From assembly GCA_963729045.1 (NCBI GenBank), contig CAVSMN010000020.1, positions 1 to 64,000 on the forward strand: a stretch of 64,000 bases of DNA, written 5' to 3'. This DNA is from an uncultured Nitrososphaeraceae archaeon (GTDB lineage: Archaea; Thermoproteota; Nitrososphaeria; Nitrososphaerales; Nitrososphaeraceae). The position numbers and the translations under genes were made by a program. The notes under the pieces were generated by a model that was not told the DNA's origin, made no database searches, and saw only the letters and a list, made by a program, of their open reading frames with translations. Below, piece by piece: positions 11,467 to 22,614 of the stretch. Position 1 is the first letter of the stretch, and each line of letters starts with the position of its first letter.

Positions 11467-11790
11467 ATGAATAAAAAAATTATTCAAGAAAAAAATAACA
11501 AACCAAAAAACAACTATTGCAATTCTTGTAGGCTTTTTTATATCCGCTTTCTTGGTTGGTAGTCTGTTAAATATTGTTCCATTGACGACAGCATCTGGAT
11601 ATACTTGTTCTGCCATTCTAAAAAAATGCGTGTGTAATGGATCTGATAACGACTTCAATAACATGAAAACAAAAGAATGTAAGAACGGTGTCCTGGAGGT
11701 ACTTCCTGTAAACAGAAATTTGTTAGTAATGATCTAAAAGCAAGCAGTAATTAGATGATGTGAAAATATGTAAAATGATCTTGTTACAAC
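11467..11790 (+). pseudogene. Secreted hypothetical protein, frameshifted
   Basis: Signal-like IAILVGFFISAFLVGS followed by a Cys-containing segment; reading frame broken. Confidence 0.35.
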
Positions 11791-12187
11791 GTAGATGTAT
11801 ATGTAAATGGAATTGAATACGAGGTAAACCCGGAAATAAATAGTATGTAGATCAGAATCTTTCTTCAATCCTCAAAACAAAATCTGCATTTGAATTATTA
11901 ATGATCTGAATTTATTTTCTGTTCACAATCAAAGTGATTAGTTAACAAAAACGAAAACAAAGAGGATTCATTTTGGGCTATTAATTCAAAATATTTTTGA
12001 ATAACTCCCTTAGAATTTTTTTAAACTTATTCTAAAACTAGTATGAAATTTCATACGCGTCCCACTCATTTGTTCTGCTATAATATTCAGAGGTCTATGT
12101 CACGTAAATCTGTAATTGTTAGATTAATCGGGCCCATCTTCTAGTTGGGTAAGACTTTTCATCCTATATTCATTATATTTTAAAAGA

Positions 12188-13768
12188 CTAAGGAATAACA
12201 TTTATTGTTCCTACCATCATTGGATGCAATCTACAAAAGTACGAAAATTCACCTGCATTAATGAATTTGTGTGAAAAAGTTTTAGATGGTGAAATAAGAG
12301 ATGTTAACCCAGAGTCAAATATTTGACCTACAGTTGGAGTGTTTGGTATTCCAGATGTAACTGTGTGTATAGTATTATCGTTATTAGTCCATGTTATTGT
12401 GTCTCCTACTTTGATTGTAATTGGATTTGGTAAGAATGATTTATCGCCAAGGGTAGTTGCCCCTTTTACTATTGAAACTTGGATTGAATTGTTATCATTG
12501 GATGAAGATATGTTAGATAAAGATGATTCTTGTTCCCGTTCCTGCGTGGTAGGTTTTTTCATTTCTTTTTCTTTCATTTCATCATGATTATTGCCATGCA
12601 TACTGGGAGGTGACTCGACCATTTCTGTAGAAGTTATATTTCCATTTGGATCAGCTTTTTGCAAGGTCTTTGTCAAGTTCATCTGCCAGTCATTCATGTT
12701 TATCGATTTTGTAATAGCTATGTCCTTACCATCAATAGCGTTGGCAGGAGGATCAGTCACATTAAAGTATCCCATCGCTCCGCGCTCTTCCGGTATTCCA
12801 TGGAAATGAAATGTGAATTTACCAGGCCACGGCCATTTTGCTTCTAAAATGGCTGTATTTCCTGAGGCTAATTCCCAAGATTGAACCTTTAGTGGTGAAT
12901 TTTCTAGAATACCTGAAGGCCATGCTTTAAACAGAGTTCCGTGAATATGCATACCATAGGCTGGAGACATTCCCATATTAGCAAGGTAAATTCGTACTGT
13001 CTCATTAGTCATTGCTGGAAGAGGATTCAATTCATATTGTTCTGCATAACCATTGTAAAAGTAGTACTCGGGTAACGGAATAAGTTGATTTTGAGTATCA
13101 TATTCTCCTGCAACAAAAACATATTCTCTAGCAGGTGGTAATGGGTCCTTTGGGTAAACTATGAATGCACCATACAAACCCATTCTCACATGTTGCATTA
13201 CTGGAGGAACATGGCAGTGGTATGCTAGGGCACCAGCCGGTTGCGCAATAAAATCATAAGTGTATGTTCCATTTGTTCCTATTATTTCAAAAACACCATC
13301 TTGTTCACTAGGATGGTCTCCATGTAAATGAACTGTATGTGGTAATGGCGTCTTATTAATAAAATGAACTATTACTCTATCTCCCTCTGTCGCTGTTAAA
13401 GTAGGGCCCGGAATAGTGCCATTGTAAGTCCATGCATCCACACGGAGTCCCGGTGCTATTTCTAAGGTAGTATTTTCTGCAATTAGGGTATACTCGTGGA
13501 TTTTTGGCGGTGAAGGTTGTTGCTGTGATTCTTTTTGGGTCTGATTCACTGAATGAGAAATGCCATCTGTCATATTGTTATTCTCTATAATATGTGTAGA
13601 TGATGATGTGTCTGGTGAAATAGATTGAGACTGGGCTTGGGCTAATGCAATATTACCGTTATTAGTAATAAAAAAGATATTAGTAGTAGTACCAGCTATT
13701 AGTAAGATTGAGACTATAAAAGAAATTGTTTTCCTTGATTTCCATCTATGGTCTTTTCTTAAAGACAT
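12188..13768 (-). CDS. Two-domain multicopper oxidase with C-terminal plastocyanin/cupredoxin domain
   Basis: Domain 1 HTVHLHG and YHCHVPPVMQHVRMG (T1 ligands); domain 2 MHIHG and FHFH; tail HTVTSG…YFCRLHPMM; signal/TM segment. Confidence 0.9.
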   Translation of the reverse strand: MSLRKDHRWKSRKTISFIVSILLIAGTTTNIFFITNNGNIALAQAQSQSISPDTSSSTHIIENNNMTDGISHSVNQTQKESQQQPSPPKIHEYTLIAENTTLEIAPGLRVDAWTYNGTIPGPTLTATEGDRVIVHFINKTPLPHTVHLHGDHPSEQDGVFEIIGTNGTYTYDFIAQPAGALAYHCHVPPVMQHVRMGLYGAFIVYPKDPLPPAREYVFVAGEYDTQNQLIPLPEYYFYNGYAEQYELNPLPAMTNETVRIYLANMGMSPAYGMHIHGTLFKAWPSGILENSPLKVQSWELASGNTAILEAKWPWPGKFTFHFHGIPEERGAMGYFNVTDPPANAIDGKDIAITKSINMNDWQMNLTKTLQKADPNGNITSTEMVESPPSMHGNNHDEMKEKEMKKPTTQEREQESSLSNISSSNDNNSIQVSIVKGATTLGDKSFLPNPITIKVGDTITWTNNDNTIHTVTSGIPNTPTVGQIFDSGLTSLISPSKTFSHKFINAGEFSYFCRLHPMMVGTINVIP

Positions 13769-14084
13769 TTTATTTGTAATCTAAACTACTAGATCCCGTG
13801 TTTATGTCTTTTGTATTATGATCTCGCGGGCGTAATTTACATTATATTTATTAAAAAAATTGGATTTCTAAAAGATATTTAATTATAATTATGTATATTA
13901 TATTGTTCACCACATTGACATTTTTGAATTGTTACGAGAATCTTTTATTTACAAATGCTCCTTCAATGATGGCAAATCTAAAATTATTGTAAATGCGTAT
14001 TTCTTATTCAAGACATTAAGGAGAAAACATTAGAATACAATGAACGTATTATATGTCAGATATAAGAGATAAAATTATTTAATC

Positions 14085-14123
14085 AACAGTTCTGATGTAC
14101 CTCATGGATTCGAAGCCCACCGG
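14085..14123 (+). repeat. att-like repeat, arm family A + core
   Basis: aacagttctgatgtacctcatggattcgaagcccaccgg. Confidence 0.85.
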
Positions 14124-14347
14124 TTGAGGTTCGGGTATTTATCGTTTGAGCCTGAAGTTATTAAATTAAGGCATACGTAAAATACAATAAGGATAAATGT
14201 TAACTAGTCTTAAAGAAGTTCTAATTTACTTTATTTTTTAGATTTTATAAATGACAGGCAAAGTAATATCTTATTTTAGTTGAACGGATCATAATCATAA
14301 TCTTGTTTTACCGACGAATCTTAATAACAAATAGAATTCCAATATAG

Positions 14348-14983
14348 GTGAGTATGTTGATATAGTTCCTATTTCCTCACATAATTTATTTTCATTTCTG
14401 AATATTTTTGGAGATGATCTTTTAAGGGCCACAATATCTCTTTTTGTCGTAATCAACCCAATCGGTACTATACCCTTTATTTGCCAGTATTACTCAAAAA
14501 ATGCAAAAAAACGAACGTGATCGAGTATTAAAAACAACCGTTATTACTGCCAGTGCTTTATTAATGATCTTTGCAGTTGCAGGGACGCAAATTCTATCAA
14601 TCTTCGGGATTACGATATCTAGCTTTATGATTGCTGGAGGGATATTGCTTTTTGTGGTCTCAATAGAATTATTAACTCATGGTGGTTGGAGATTTGGAGG
14701 AACTGTTTCTGACGAATCAGGTGTAGTTCCGTTAGCATTTCCTTTGTTGGCCGGCCCAGGTGCCATTACTACTGTCATATTGTCTTTTCAGACGTCTGGA
14801 TTGATGGTAACAGTGTTATCAATCGCAATTGTGATGGGGATAACTTATGTTGTCTTCTTTCTAACGGGAACGATATATAGGATACTTGGTAGACGTGGTT
14901 CATTAATCATTACTAGAATATTTGCAGTTCTGGTTGCAGCAATAGCAGTTCAATACGTAGTAGATGGTTTAAAAACAATTTAA
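14348..14983 (+). CDS. marC: MarC family integral membrane protein (frameshift near 14480)
   Basis: SLFVVINPIGTIP, SFMIAGGILLF and VPLAFPLLAGPGAITTV. Confidence 0.85.
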
Positions 14984-15384
14984 CCTCAATTTATGAATCC
15001 TTTGGAAATAGTTACTATTGATTTGACATAACCATTTTGAATTTTTTGTGTTTTTTTCAATATAAAAAGTATTTCCAAGTTAAGCGAAGACTATATCTTA
15101 AAATCCGAAACTTGATAACCTCTTCTCTCAGGTAAGGTTTCAAAAGAGGATTTGAGTAACCCAAATTCTGTTACCTAACTTGCATAACTCAGGATTATGC
15201 AAAGCCCATCTGGGAAAATATTTATCTTATTAAATAGTCGCTTATGCTCTTAAAGTTCTAGAGACTATAAGAAAAGAGATAAAGATGGACAAAGAATCCT
15301 TAATAGAATGTTTGCCTGCGTAGTATTTTGATATTTTTTTGCAATTATGTTCGATTGGGGTTACCCTTCTTTCTCAAGCTCATC

Positions 15385-15419
15385 GTTCCGAGCCGCCCTT
15401 AAAGGACGCGCCAGATTGT
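15385..15419 (+). repeat. GC-rich hairpin-like repeat (IS200/IS605-end-like), copy 1
   Basis: gttccgagccgcccttaaaggacgcgccagattgt; related to 16995-17028. Confidence 0.55.
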
Positions 15420-15490
15420 CAATACCATCAATTGTTTTGGACAATAATCAGTTGATATTAATTATTAAATGCTGAGCGGTTACCGCTAGA

Positions 15491-16925
15491 TTAAGTCTTA
15501 CTTTGTTTGGCAGTCTTTTTTAAGGTATCAATCAAAATATGAAGTGAAATTAATGGGTGAAAAAGGATTAGCGGAGACCTCATCATATGCATAACCTCAA
15601 AAAAAGATTTCGTGGCAATTTTGCTCTTTGGAGTTAAAAGTAACACACGATGAGAATATTTTTGCAATATACCGTGTAAAGATGTGTGGTCTGATTCCCT
15701 CAGTTGAAGGCCATCTAAAGTCTTCACCTGTTCCCAATAGCCATGGAAGAGTGTTAATTTTTGAAATCTTTTTCTGAAAAGTCATAGAAAATCCCAGGAG
15801 GTCGCTATTTTTTTTCTTATATTCTTTAAGACTTTGTCCAACGTGACGGCTTCAATGCATGCCACAGTAATTCCTTGGCCATAAAAAGGATTGAATGAAG
15901 AAACGGAATCACCGTAGGCAATGAAATTTTCAGGCCAAGATTTCATTTTTTCATAATGATATTGCCGGCTTCCCGTTGTTCGATATCCGTATATTGGACC
16001 ACTTAACTCAAAGTCCTTTATAGCGTTGTAGATGTCAAGAGTTTCCAATTTCTTGGTATATTGCAGGAATCCTTGTTTGTCTGTTGGTGGGTAATTTTTT
16101 CCTATTCCTAGTATCCCGATTAACCACGATGAACCTTCAACAGGATAAATAATCCCCATTCTTGGATTCAAGGGCGGCTTTGTCAATATGATAATAGGTT
16201 TGATTATAGGTTTGTCATTATCATTATCAGCAGCAGCACCAGCAGCCGGTTGCTGCGATATTTGGGCCGTATGTGGTTTAAACCGGCAAGTAGAATAACC
16301 TATATACGAATTAACAACCGTTTCCTTTGGTTTGCCATAACCAAGTTGGTCAAGCCATTCTGCGGTCTTAGACTCTCTTCCGCTAGTATCCACAACTAGG
16401 TCTCCCATAATGGTTTCCTCGGAATTAGTATTAGTAGAGATCACCGTAACCCCTTTGCATATACTCTGTTCAGTTTTCTCGTCTTTTGCAACGACCAATC
16501 CTGTTGCCCGGGTATTTTCGCGCACATTCACATTGGGAAATTCCAAGATTTCATTTCTAATCTAGTTCTAAAAGTTGTCTTGTACAAGCAATTGTGGTTA
16601 AATTGGATTCAAATTTTATTGAATAACCCGTTCCAACATAATAATCGACATCATTTGTGAGGTTTACAATATGAGCCCCTTTGGCAACCAAATTTCTCTC
16701 TAAATCTGGAAACAATCTCAAAAGTATTTCCTTACCTTTGATCAACAATACATGAATGTGGTTAGATTGAGGAGTGCCGTTTCTAGGACCATCTTGGGTT
16801 GGATACTTATCTTTCTCTATGATTATTACTTCTTTAAAATGTCCGCATAATGTCCTTGCGGCTAACAAACCTGCAATTCCTCCACCGATTATTATTGCAA
16901 CTTGATGCTTAATTTTTTTGTGCAT
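15491..16925 (-). pseudogene. FAD-dependent monooxygenase/epoxidase (LasC/MonCI-like), split by frameshifts
   Basis: GGGIAGLLAA, RNGTPQSNHIHVLL, DLVVDTSGRES, GDSVSSFNPFYGQGIT, WLLGTGEDFRWP and LFHP motifs across four ORFs. Confidence 0.85.
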
Positions 16926-16994
16926 AGAGCAGGCTTCTTATTGAAACGTCCATTTATTTATCAATCTTGTTGCCAAGGTTATTGTCTTAATGCT

Positions 16995-17028
16995 GTTCTA
17001 CGCCGCCCTAAAGGGGCGGCGCTATTGT
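16995..17028 (+). repeat. GC-rich hairpin (IS200/IS605-end-like), copy 2
   Basis: Perfect 8-bp stem cgccgccc-taaag-gggcggcg at 17001-17021, followed by ctattgt. Confidence 0.65.
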
Positions 17029-17265
17029 ATCTATTTTAAGATGAAAAGCTCAATCCTGTCTGTCTGTTTATTAATATACACGTGGTATGTCTACGCAAAT
17101 GATTGGATAAATTATTAAATTCGCTTTTAATCGTACATACAATGTGTCATCATTGTAGTATCCCTGGTAACCATATTATTGTGATGGCAACATCATGATT
17201 GTTATCGAGAATTTAGACAAAGTTGCCCAATTAACTTAGTTAGTTTGGTTTGGTTATAACTATCC

Positions 17266-17286
17266 ACGTCGCCTCTAACGCGACGT
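17266..17286 (+). repeat. Hairpin, copy 3 with compensatory change
   Basis: acgtcgc-ctctaac-gcgacgt. Confidence 0.5.
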
Positions 17287-17513
17287 TATAACTTTTAAAC
17301 GATCGACAGTAACGGATTCTTTAGTCAGTATTTGGGACCTTAGCTGATCGAAATCCAAATAATGTATGATATTCACAATCAAAGGTAGTTAGGACATTCA
17401 TCTTTAATTTCTCCTTGTCTGTTTCCATAAATCATACAAAATTTTTAATAATATGTCTGATGAGGATAAAATAATGATAGTTTTTATAAATTCTTACTGG
17501 AGAAAGAACAACA

Positions 17514-17627
17514 ATGGAATGTGAACATAAAGAAGTAAAGAGGGTAGTCAACCCTTCAGGTGGAGTTGCTACTAAGGTATGTGCTCACTGTGACAAGGTA
17601 TTAGATGACGAAGTAGAGACAAGCTGA
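17514..17627 (+). CDS. 37-aa zinc-ribbon-like microprotein (not in ORF track)
   Basis: MECEHKEVKRVVNPSGGVATKVCAHCDKVLDDEVETS*; CxH…CxxC. Confidence 0.6.
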   Translation: MECEHKEVKRVVNPSGGVATKVCAHCDKVLDDEVETS

Positions 17628-17789
17628 TCTTCTAATAACTGGCGATGCCGGTTTTTTTACAACATTTTTAATTATTCTAACTTCCTTGGCTATAAATTGA
17701 TGAAAACAAGAAATGTGAACATATCATTTGGCCCGATTCTTATTAGCACACTATTACTACTATAAAAACAATGTTGAAAAAATATCTTA

Positions 17790-18296
17790 ATGAAGCCTTT
17801 CATGAATATCAGCATTTCAGTGATTATACTATCTGTTTTATCTATTCAATTCATATTGTATTTACTTCCTCTTTCAATTGGCCCTATCCAGTCGCAGTCG
17901 GGGGATGGATTGGAGATTACTCCTACGGTTCAATGGAGTCAGAATTTAGAAGGGACATTTAGTTATTGTGTATATGAAGGAACTGTTACGCTTGATTCAG
18001 TTGATGATCCTCAAGCATTCTGTATCATTCCTACTACTGATTTATCTTCTACAAACATGCAATCTTTTGAAGATGACGGAATTAATATTTATGATTTAAA
18101 TCCAATTAAGACTCCAGCAGGTTTGTTTAAAGATGGTGCTCCATATTCTGTGTGTGCCACATTTGCTCCACAATCGCAAGATGCTGGATTTAATACGGCT
18201 GAGAGTTGCCAACAATTCACAAATAAAAAGGGTAGCCATCCTGAAGAACCATTTATCAACTTAGATGAAGGAGTATTATTTACCAATAATCAGTAA
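17790..18296 (+). CDS. Secreted hypothetical protein
   Basis: N-terminal hydrophobic segment; four Cys; acidic composition. Confidence 0.7.
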   Translation: MKPFMNISISVIILSVLSIQFILYLLPLSIGPIQSQSGDGLEITPTVQWSQNLEGTFSYCVYEGTVTLDSVDDPQAFCIIPTTDLSSTNMQSFEDDGINIYDLNPIKTPAGLFKDGAPYSVCATFAPQSQDAGFNTAESCQQFTNKKGSHPEEPFINLDEGVLFTNNQ

Positions 18297-18359
18297 AATT
18301 CATCTCTTGTTTGGTAAATTCCTATACAATTACGACGAAATCAAACTGTAGATTCAAAA

Positions 18360-18627
18360 CATTAACAGCGGCATCCAGATTCATGGCAATCGAAACTTCC
18401 ACTCGGCTTTTGTTCTCTTTGAACATTTGAAAAGCTTTAGAGTTATTGATGGAGATTTATTCTGATACTCTGTTTCTTCTCCGGTATGTCTTCTAACTAT
18501 TTTTCCAATGTCTAACAATGATACGTGTGCGGCTTGAGCAATCTGCCGAGTTGTATTTCCTTCTCTGGTCAGCTTTATGACTAGTTGTTCTTTCTTGTCG
18601 GGTGAGAATTAATACAACTTTAGGTAA
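18360..18627 (-). pseudogene. HTH protein remnant (paralog of 22615-22857)
   Basis: KKEQLVIKLTREGNTTRQIAQAAHVSLLDIGKIVR…SKAFQMFKENKSRVEVSIAMNL. Confidence 0.65.
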
Positions 18628-18816
18628 TGTCAAAAAACTTAAAAGCCCTTGATTCTCTTGATTCTAAATCAAAGAATTATATTCTAATGGATTTGTAGTC
18701 TACTGTATTCTTGTTGCAACGTACGTTCCTATCTATTTCTTTTAGAGAACTTCCAATGGAATATATTCATAGGACCGGTCATACGGATCTGATAATTCGC
18801 GACTACTCATAGATTT

Positions 18817-19827
18817 CTATTCTAATAACTTGTAAGCCACAAGTTTGTTATCCTGCATAAGAGGTATTATAATAGTACTTTGGCCTGGTATAGATCCCAG
18901 ATCCGCAGCCCCTTGCGTGTGCAAGTCTATTAACGTTTGATAACCTGTTCCGTCTGCGTTAACAGCATATACCTTCCCTGCGGGGTTGTCAGTAACATAG
19001 TAATGTGTATTGCTAGCATCGGATTCTATTCCATCGAGACCACCAAAAGGAGATGTAGTTCCTTGTTCTCCTAAACTAGTTATTGTCTTATTTTTCATAT
19101 CTATAACCTCAATGCCTCCGCCGGGTTTACTTAAAGGTCCAAAAGAAACAACAATTAATTTATTTTTGTTATTGTCTATATGCAAACCATTAGGACCGTT
19201 TAATTGTGGGTTTTGCAGCCAAGCTTGTATATCAGATGATGATGTACTATTGCCAGGATTCGTATCTAGCTTGTAGATAGTATTGGTATCGGTATCTGAT
19301 ACATAGATATTTCCTTGATTGTCTGCTACAACATCATTAAGAAAAGAGCTTCCTGGTGCATTGAAGCGTTTGATAATTTTTCCACTATCAATATCTATCT
19401 GTACTAGGTCTGTGATATCTGCAACATATAATGTACTATTATCATTTGAAATAGCTATACCCTTTGGTGCATTCAGTGCTGTTATCCAATTTAATTCAAT
19501 TATGCTCCCATTAGAAGGTGAAACCTTGGAAATGAATCCATTTTGATCTTTTTGATCTGGTTGTCCATTCATATTTGAAACAAACAAGACATGTTGCTTG
19601 GATCCGTAAGCTACGGATTCTGGATCCTTCAGATTGGCAGGTGTTTCCCACAATTTGCTAACCTGTGTCTGCTCTCCTTCTTGCTGCTCTTGTGCTTGTG
19701 CTTGAGCATTAATGTTATTAGTTAAATTAATGCTTATTCCACTAAATGATAGTATTACTGATACTGCTACTATAAGCAAAAAGGTTGTAACTAATGATTT
19801 CTGAGAAAGCCTCCTATTTGGAATCAT
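18817..19827 (-). CDS. Secreted SMP-30/gluconolactonase-like beta-propeller protein
   Basis: PESV, LNAPKGI, LYVADI, FLNDV…GNIYVSD, GPNGL and LDGI repeats. Confidence 0.85.
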   Translation of the reverse strand: MIPNRRLSQKSLVTTFLLIVAVSVILSFSGISINLTNNINAQAQAQEQQEGEQTQVSKLWETPANLKDPESVAYGSKQHVLFVSNMNGQPDQKDQNGFISKVSPSNGSIIELNWITALNAPKGIAISNDNSTLYVADITDLVQIDIDSGKIIKRFNAPGSSFLNDVVADNQGNIYVSDTDTNTIYKLDTNPGNSTSSSDIQAWLQNPQLNGPNGLHIDNNKNKLIVVSFGPLSKPGGGIEVIDMKNKTITSLGEQGTTSPFGGLDGIESDASNTHYYVTDNPAGKVYAVNADGTGYQTLIDLHTQGAADLGSIPGQSTIIIPLMQDNKLVAYKLLE

Positions 19828-20394
19828 ATCTGAGAATTATAATCTACAATTAATAAATCTAGCTTGTCTCTTTCCAATAAATTTTCGAACAAAATAATAA
19901 AACTTCTTACTATACTTTTCGAGATCTTGTATGGTGAGGACCTATTAAATACTAGTATTGAAAGTAAAAAACGTACCGATAAACAAAGAACATACGATGA
20001 TCTCATTAAAGGAAGATTTGATTTGAAAAGAATAGTAACAGTAGAACGTAAGGATGATATACATAGTATATACGATAAGTGGGCAGATTATACCTCAGAA
20101 ACCATAGACAAGCTAATAAAAGAAGGGGAGGGCTTTGAGAAAAGAGCAGTCGTGAAGACTACCCCTCCTGACGTAGACATTGTATAACAAATGCATCATA
20201 CAAAGTTGTATTAGAGGTCTAACCTCTCATTCCATGATATTTTCGCTACTTAACCTAATCGATAAACTAAGCAGACTGAAAAGCGTTAACTAGAGCATTA
20301 TTCCTTTTTCAGTACCGATACCGGTAGTTCTGTCTCCGATTAATATTCTTATTAAGATTAATATTATATCGGAGAATTAACAAATAATCATAAT

Positions 20395-20913
20395 TCATAA
20401 ATTGTCGATTGCCTCTTGCATTTCTTTTTCACTTAGACCTTGATACTTCATAATTTGCTCATAGACCGGTCCTTTAGTGACTAACTTTGGTCCTGGTTCC
20501 AGTATCGAAATAGTGTGTTTAATCAGGTCATTCATATATCTTATCCACTCCGTCAACTGTTCTTTTAGACTCTCATCCGAAGTCATTTTCGTTGTTCCTA
20601 TTATTTGACCTAGTTGATGAAATGCCACGATGATCATCAGTCTAATTCGTTGACATTCTTGCTTAAAATTATCATTATCTTTTATATTTGAAATTGTTTT
20701 ACTTAGGTGATACTGACAATTATCAAGGGTTGTTGCAACTTCATTTGCTTTCACAAATTCGATAAATTTATTTGAGAAGTTAGCCAAATCCATATTTAAA
20801 TCTGCAAACCCTATCTTTGTCCCATTCAAAGTGATTTTATCACCAGTCCTTTTTATTAACATCTCATACTCCTTCCCTTTGATCAGCGTTACAATTTTCG
20901 TAAGCAAGTCCAT
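20395..20913 (-). CDS. Hypothetical helical protein
   Basis: 172-aa ATG ORF with normal composition. Confidence 0.6.
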   Translation of the reverse strand: MDLLTKIVTLIKGKEYEMLIKRTGDKITLNGTKIGFADLNMDLANFSNKFIEFVKANEVATTLDNCQYHLSKTISNIKDNDNFKQECQRIRLMIIVAFHQLGQIIGTTKMTSDESLKEQLTEWIRYMNDLIKHTISILEPGPKLVTKGPVYEQIMKYQGLSEKEMQEAIDNL

Positions 20914-21154
20914 TATTTTTTTTCAGATAGATATTATTTAAATTTAAGTCGCATTTCCTCAGGATGTTTAATAAATGCGAAAAGAATATTGACGATGAAG
21001 ATGAGCGAGTGATTCAAGAAATTTCTGACTATCTTTTGACTTTCTTTAGTAAATTGGAATATTTACTTAAAATACAATTAGTCAAAAGAAATAAAATATT
21101 TTACTTTAGATGGTGATAAAATCATAAGATTTACATCTGAATCTATCTGACTAT

Positions 21155-21207
21155 TAGAATCTACATTAAAGGACCGATATCGTCCTGAAGCCCACTGGGC
21201 CCATTGT
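21155..21207 (+). repeat. att-like repeat, arm family B + core
   Basis: agaatctacattaaaggaccgatatcgtcctgaagcccactgggcccattgt. Confidence 0.85.
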
Positions 21208-21209
21208 CT

Positions 21210-21470
21210 TTAAATGAGATTCTTATCATTAAAGCCCTTTATCTTTTTAACAAAATTCTCTAACACTTCCGTATCGGCTATTGTGATTATGATCTTTCGA
21301 TCTGAAGCCTTTGTCTGACTTTGGTCACAAGACTTTCTTGCTCTTACTATCTGTCTTGATTTTCCCAGCCCATGTAAATTGTACAGAGTCGCTTCAAGTT
21401 TCAACTCATCAGATATTTGTAACATATCATTTACTTGCTCTGGACTAAGGTACAATTCTATTCGCTTTAA
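21210..21470 (-). pseudogene. P-II (GlnB/GlnK)-like protein, C-terminally truncated
   Basis: KRIELYLSPEQV…ATLYNLHGLGK…KIIITIADTEVLENFVKKI; lacks the GKIFV tail and ends at an att-like site. Confidence 0.6.
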
Positions 21471-21634
21471 GCCAGAAAGTACTTTCTACTCATTTGTTTC
21501 AGATGCTGAAATTTCAAAAGAAAGATATATTCAACCATGATGTAGTCGTGGTTCACAACTATCTAAACTCCACAAAATAATACAATTGGTATCATGGTAA
21601 CCAGTTGTAACATGTTAATCGAATATTTATAACA

Positions 21635-22012
21635 ATGTACTTTGTTATTAATGGTATGGTGTTCGGAAAATACGGAAATATGGGAAGAAGTATCTTGAAC
21701 CGAGATTCATCAATACGATTTGTAACAATATTTGATACTAGAAATGAAGGCATAGTATTTTCAGAACATCAACCCGGAGCTACCAATTTGTTATCAAGGG
21801 AAGAAAGTCAGGAGTCTCTTCAGTTAGCGATTGACGCATGGAAGATGAGAAGTAAATTGGCACCAAAAATAGGTAATGGGAAGTACGTACTGGCCGAATA
21901 CGAGAAGATAAAAAGAATTACAATGCCATTGGACAATGATCATTTGATATATATAACAACAGAAGTCGAATGCGATGTATTTGATTTGATTGATAAAATT
22001 AGGAAAATGTAA
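21635..22012 (+). CDS. DUF6659 / roadblock-like thaumarchaeal protein
   Basis: SIRFVTI…LLSREES…KIGNGKYVLAEYEKIKRITMPL. Confidence 0.75.
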   Translation: MYFVINGMVFGKYGNMGRSILNRDSSIRFVTIFDTRNEGIVFSEHQPGATNLLSREESQESLQLAIDAWKMRSKLAPKIGNGKYVLAEYEKIKRITMPLDNDHLIYITTEVECDVFDLIDKIRKM

Positions 22013-22270
22013 AAATTATAAATGAAAAATACCAGCATTTATGCATCATGAAGAGAATAGATACTTAATTAATGAGGGTCCGAAATAAAGTGTTTGTTGA
22101 AAGGAAACTAGTGATCTTGATTCTCGGAACTTTAATTTTTAATTCGAATTATTTCGTAGTAAATGATGGTAAATTGTTTCTATACGACTTCAATTTGTTT
22201 TCAAGGAATTGAAGGATCACAAAAATCATCTTCAATCTTAACAATATTTGACCCACTTAATATGTGAAAT

Positions 22271-22324
22271 AGAATCCACAGTAAAGGACTGATATCGTCC
22301 TGAAGCCCACTGGGGCCGTTTGAT
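22271..22324 (+). repeat. att-like repeat, arm family B + core
   Basis: agaatccacagtaaaggactgatatcgtcctgaagcccactggggccgtttgat. Confidence 0.85.
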
Positions 22325-22614
22325 TTGCAAAATAATATTGATTTGGACTTATTTGGTTTGTATACTGTTTTTGTAAATCGATAGAACAGTACATATCACA
22401 AGCGATATGGTATAGCCCTACCTTCTTGAAAAATTCCTTTGAACCTATTAAAGTTTTATTATCTATTACTGGTAATATAGTTCGTACATGAGTAAATTTA
22501 TCTTAGCATTATGTTATATAAATAATGGAATCATTAAATGAAAATTTGAGCAATATAGATTCTTTTAACCATCGCTAGCAATGATCTTATCACTTGTTAT
22601 CACATCCATATCAC

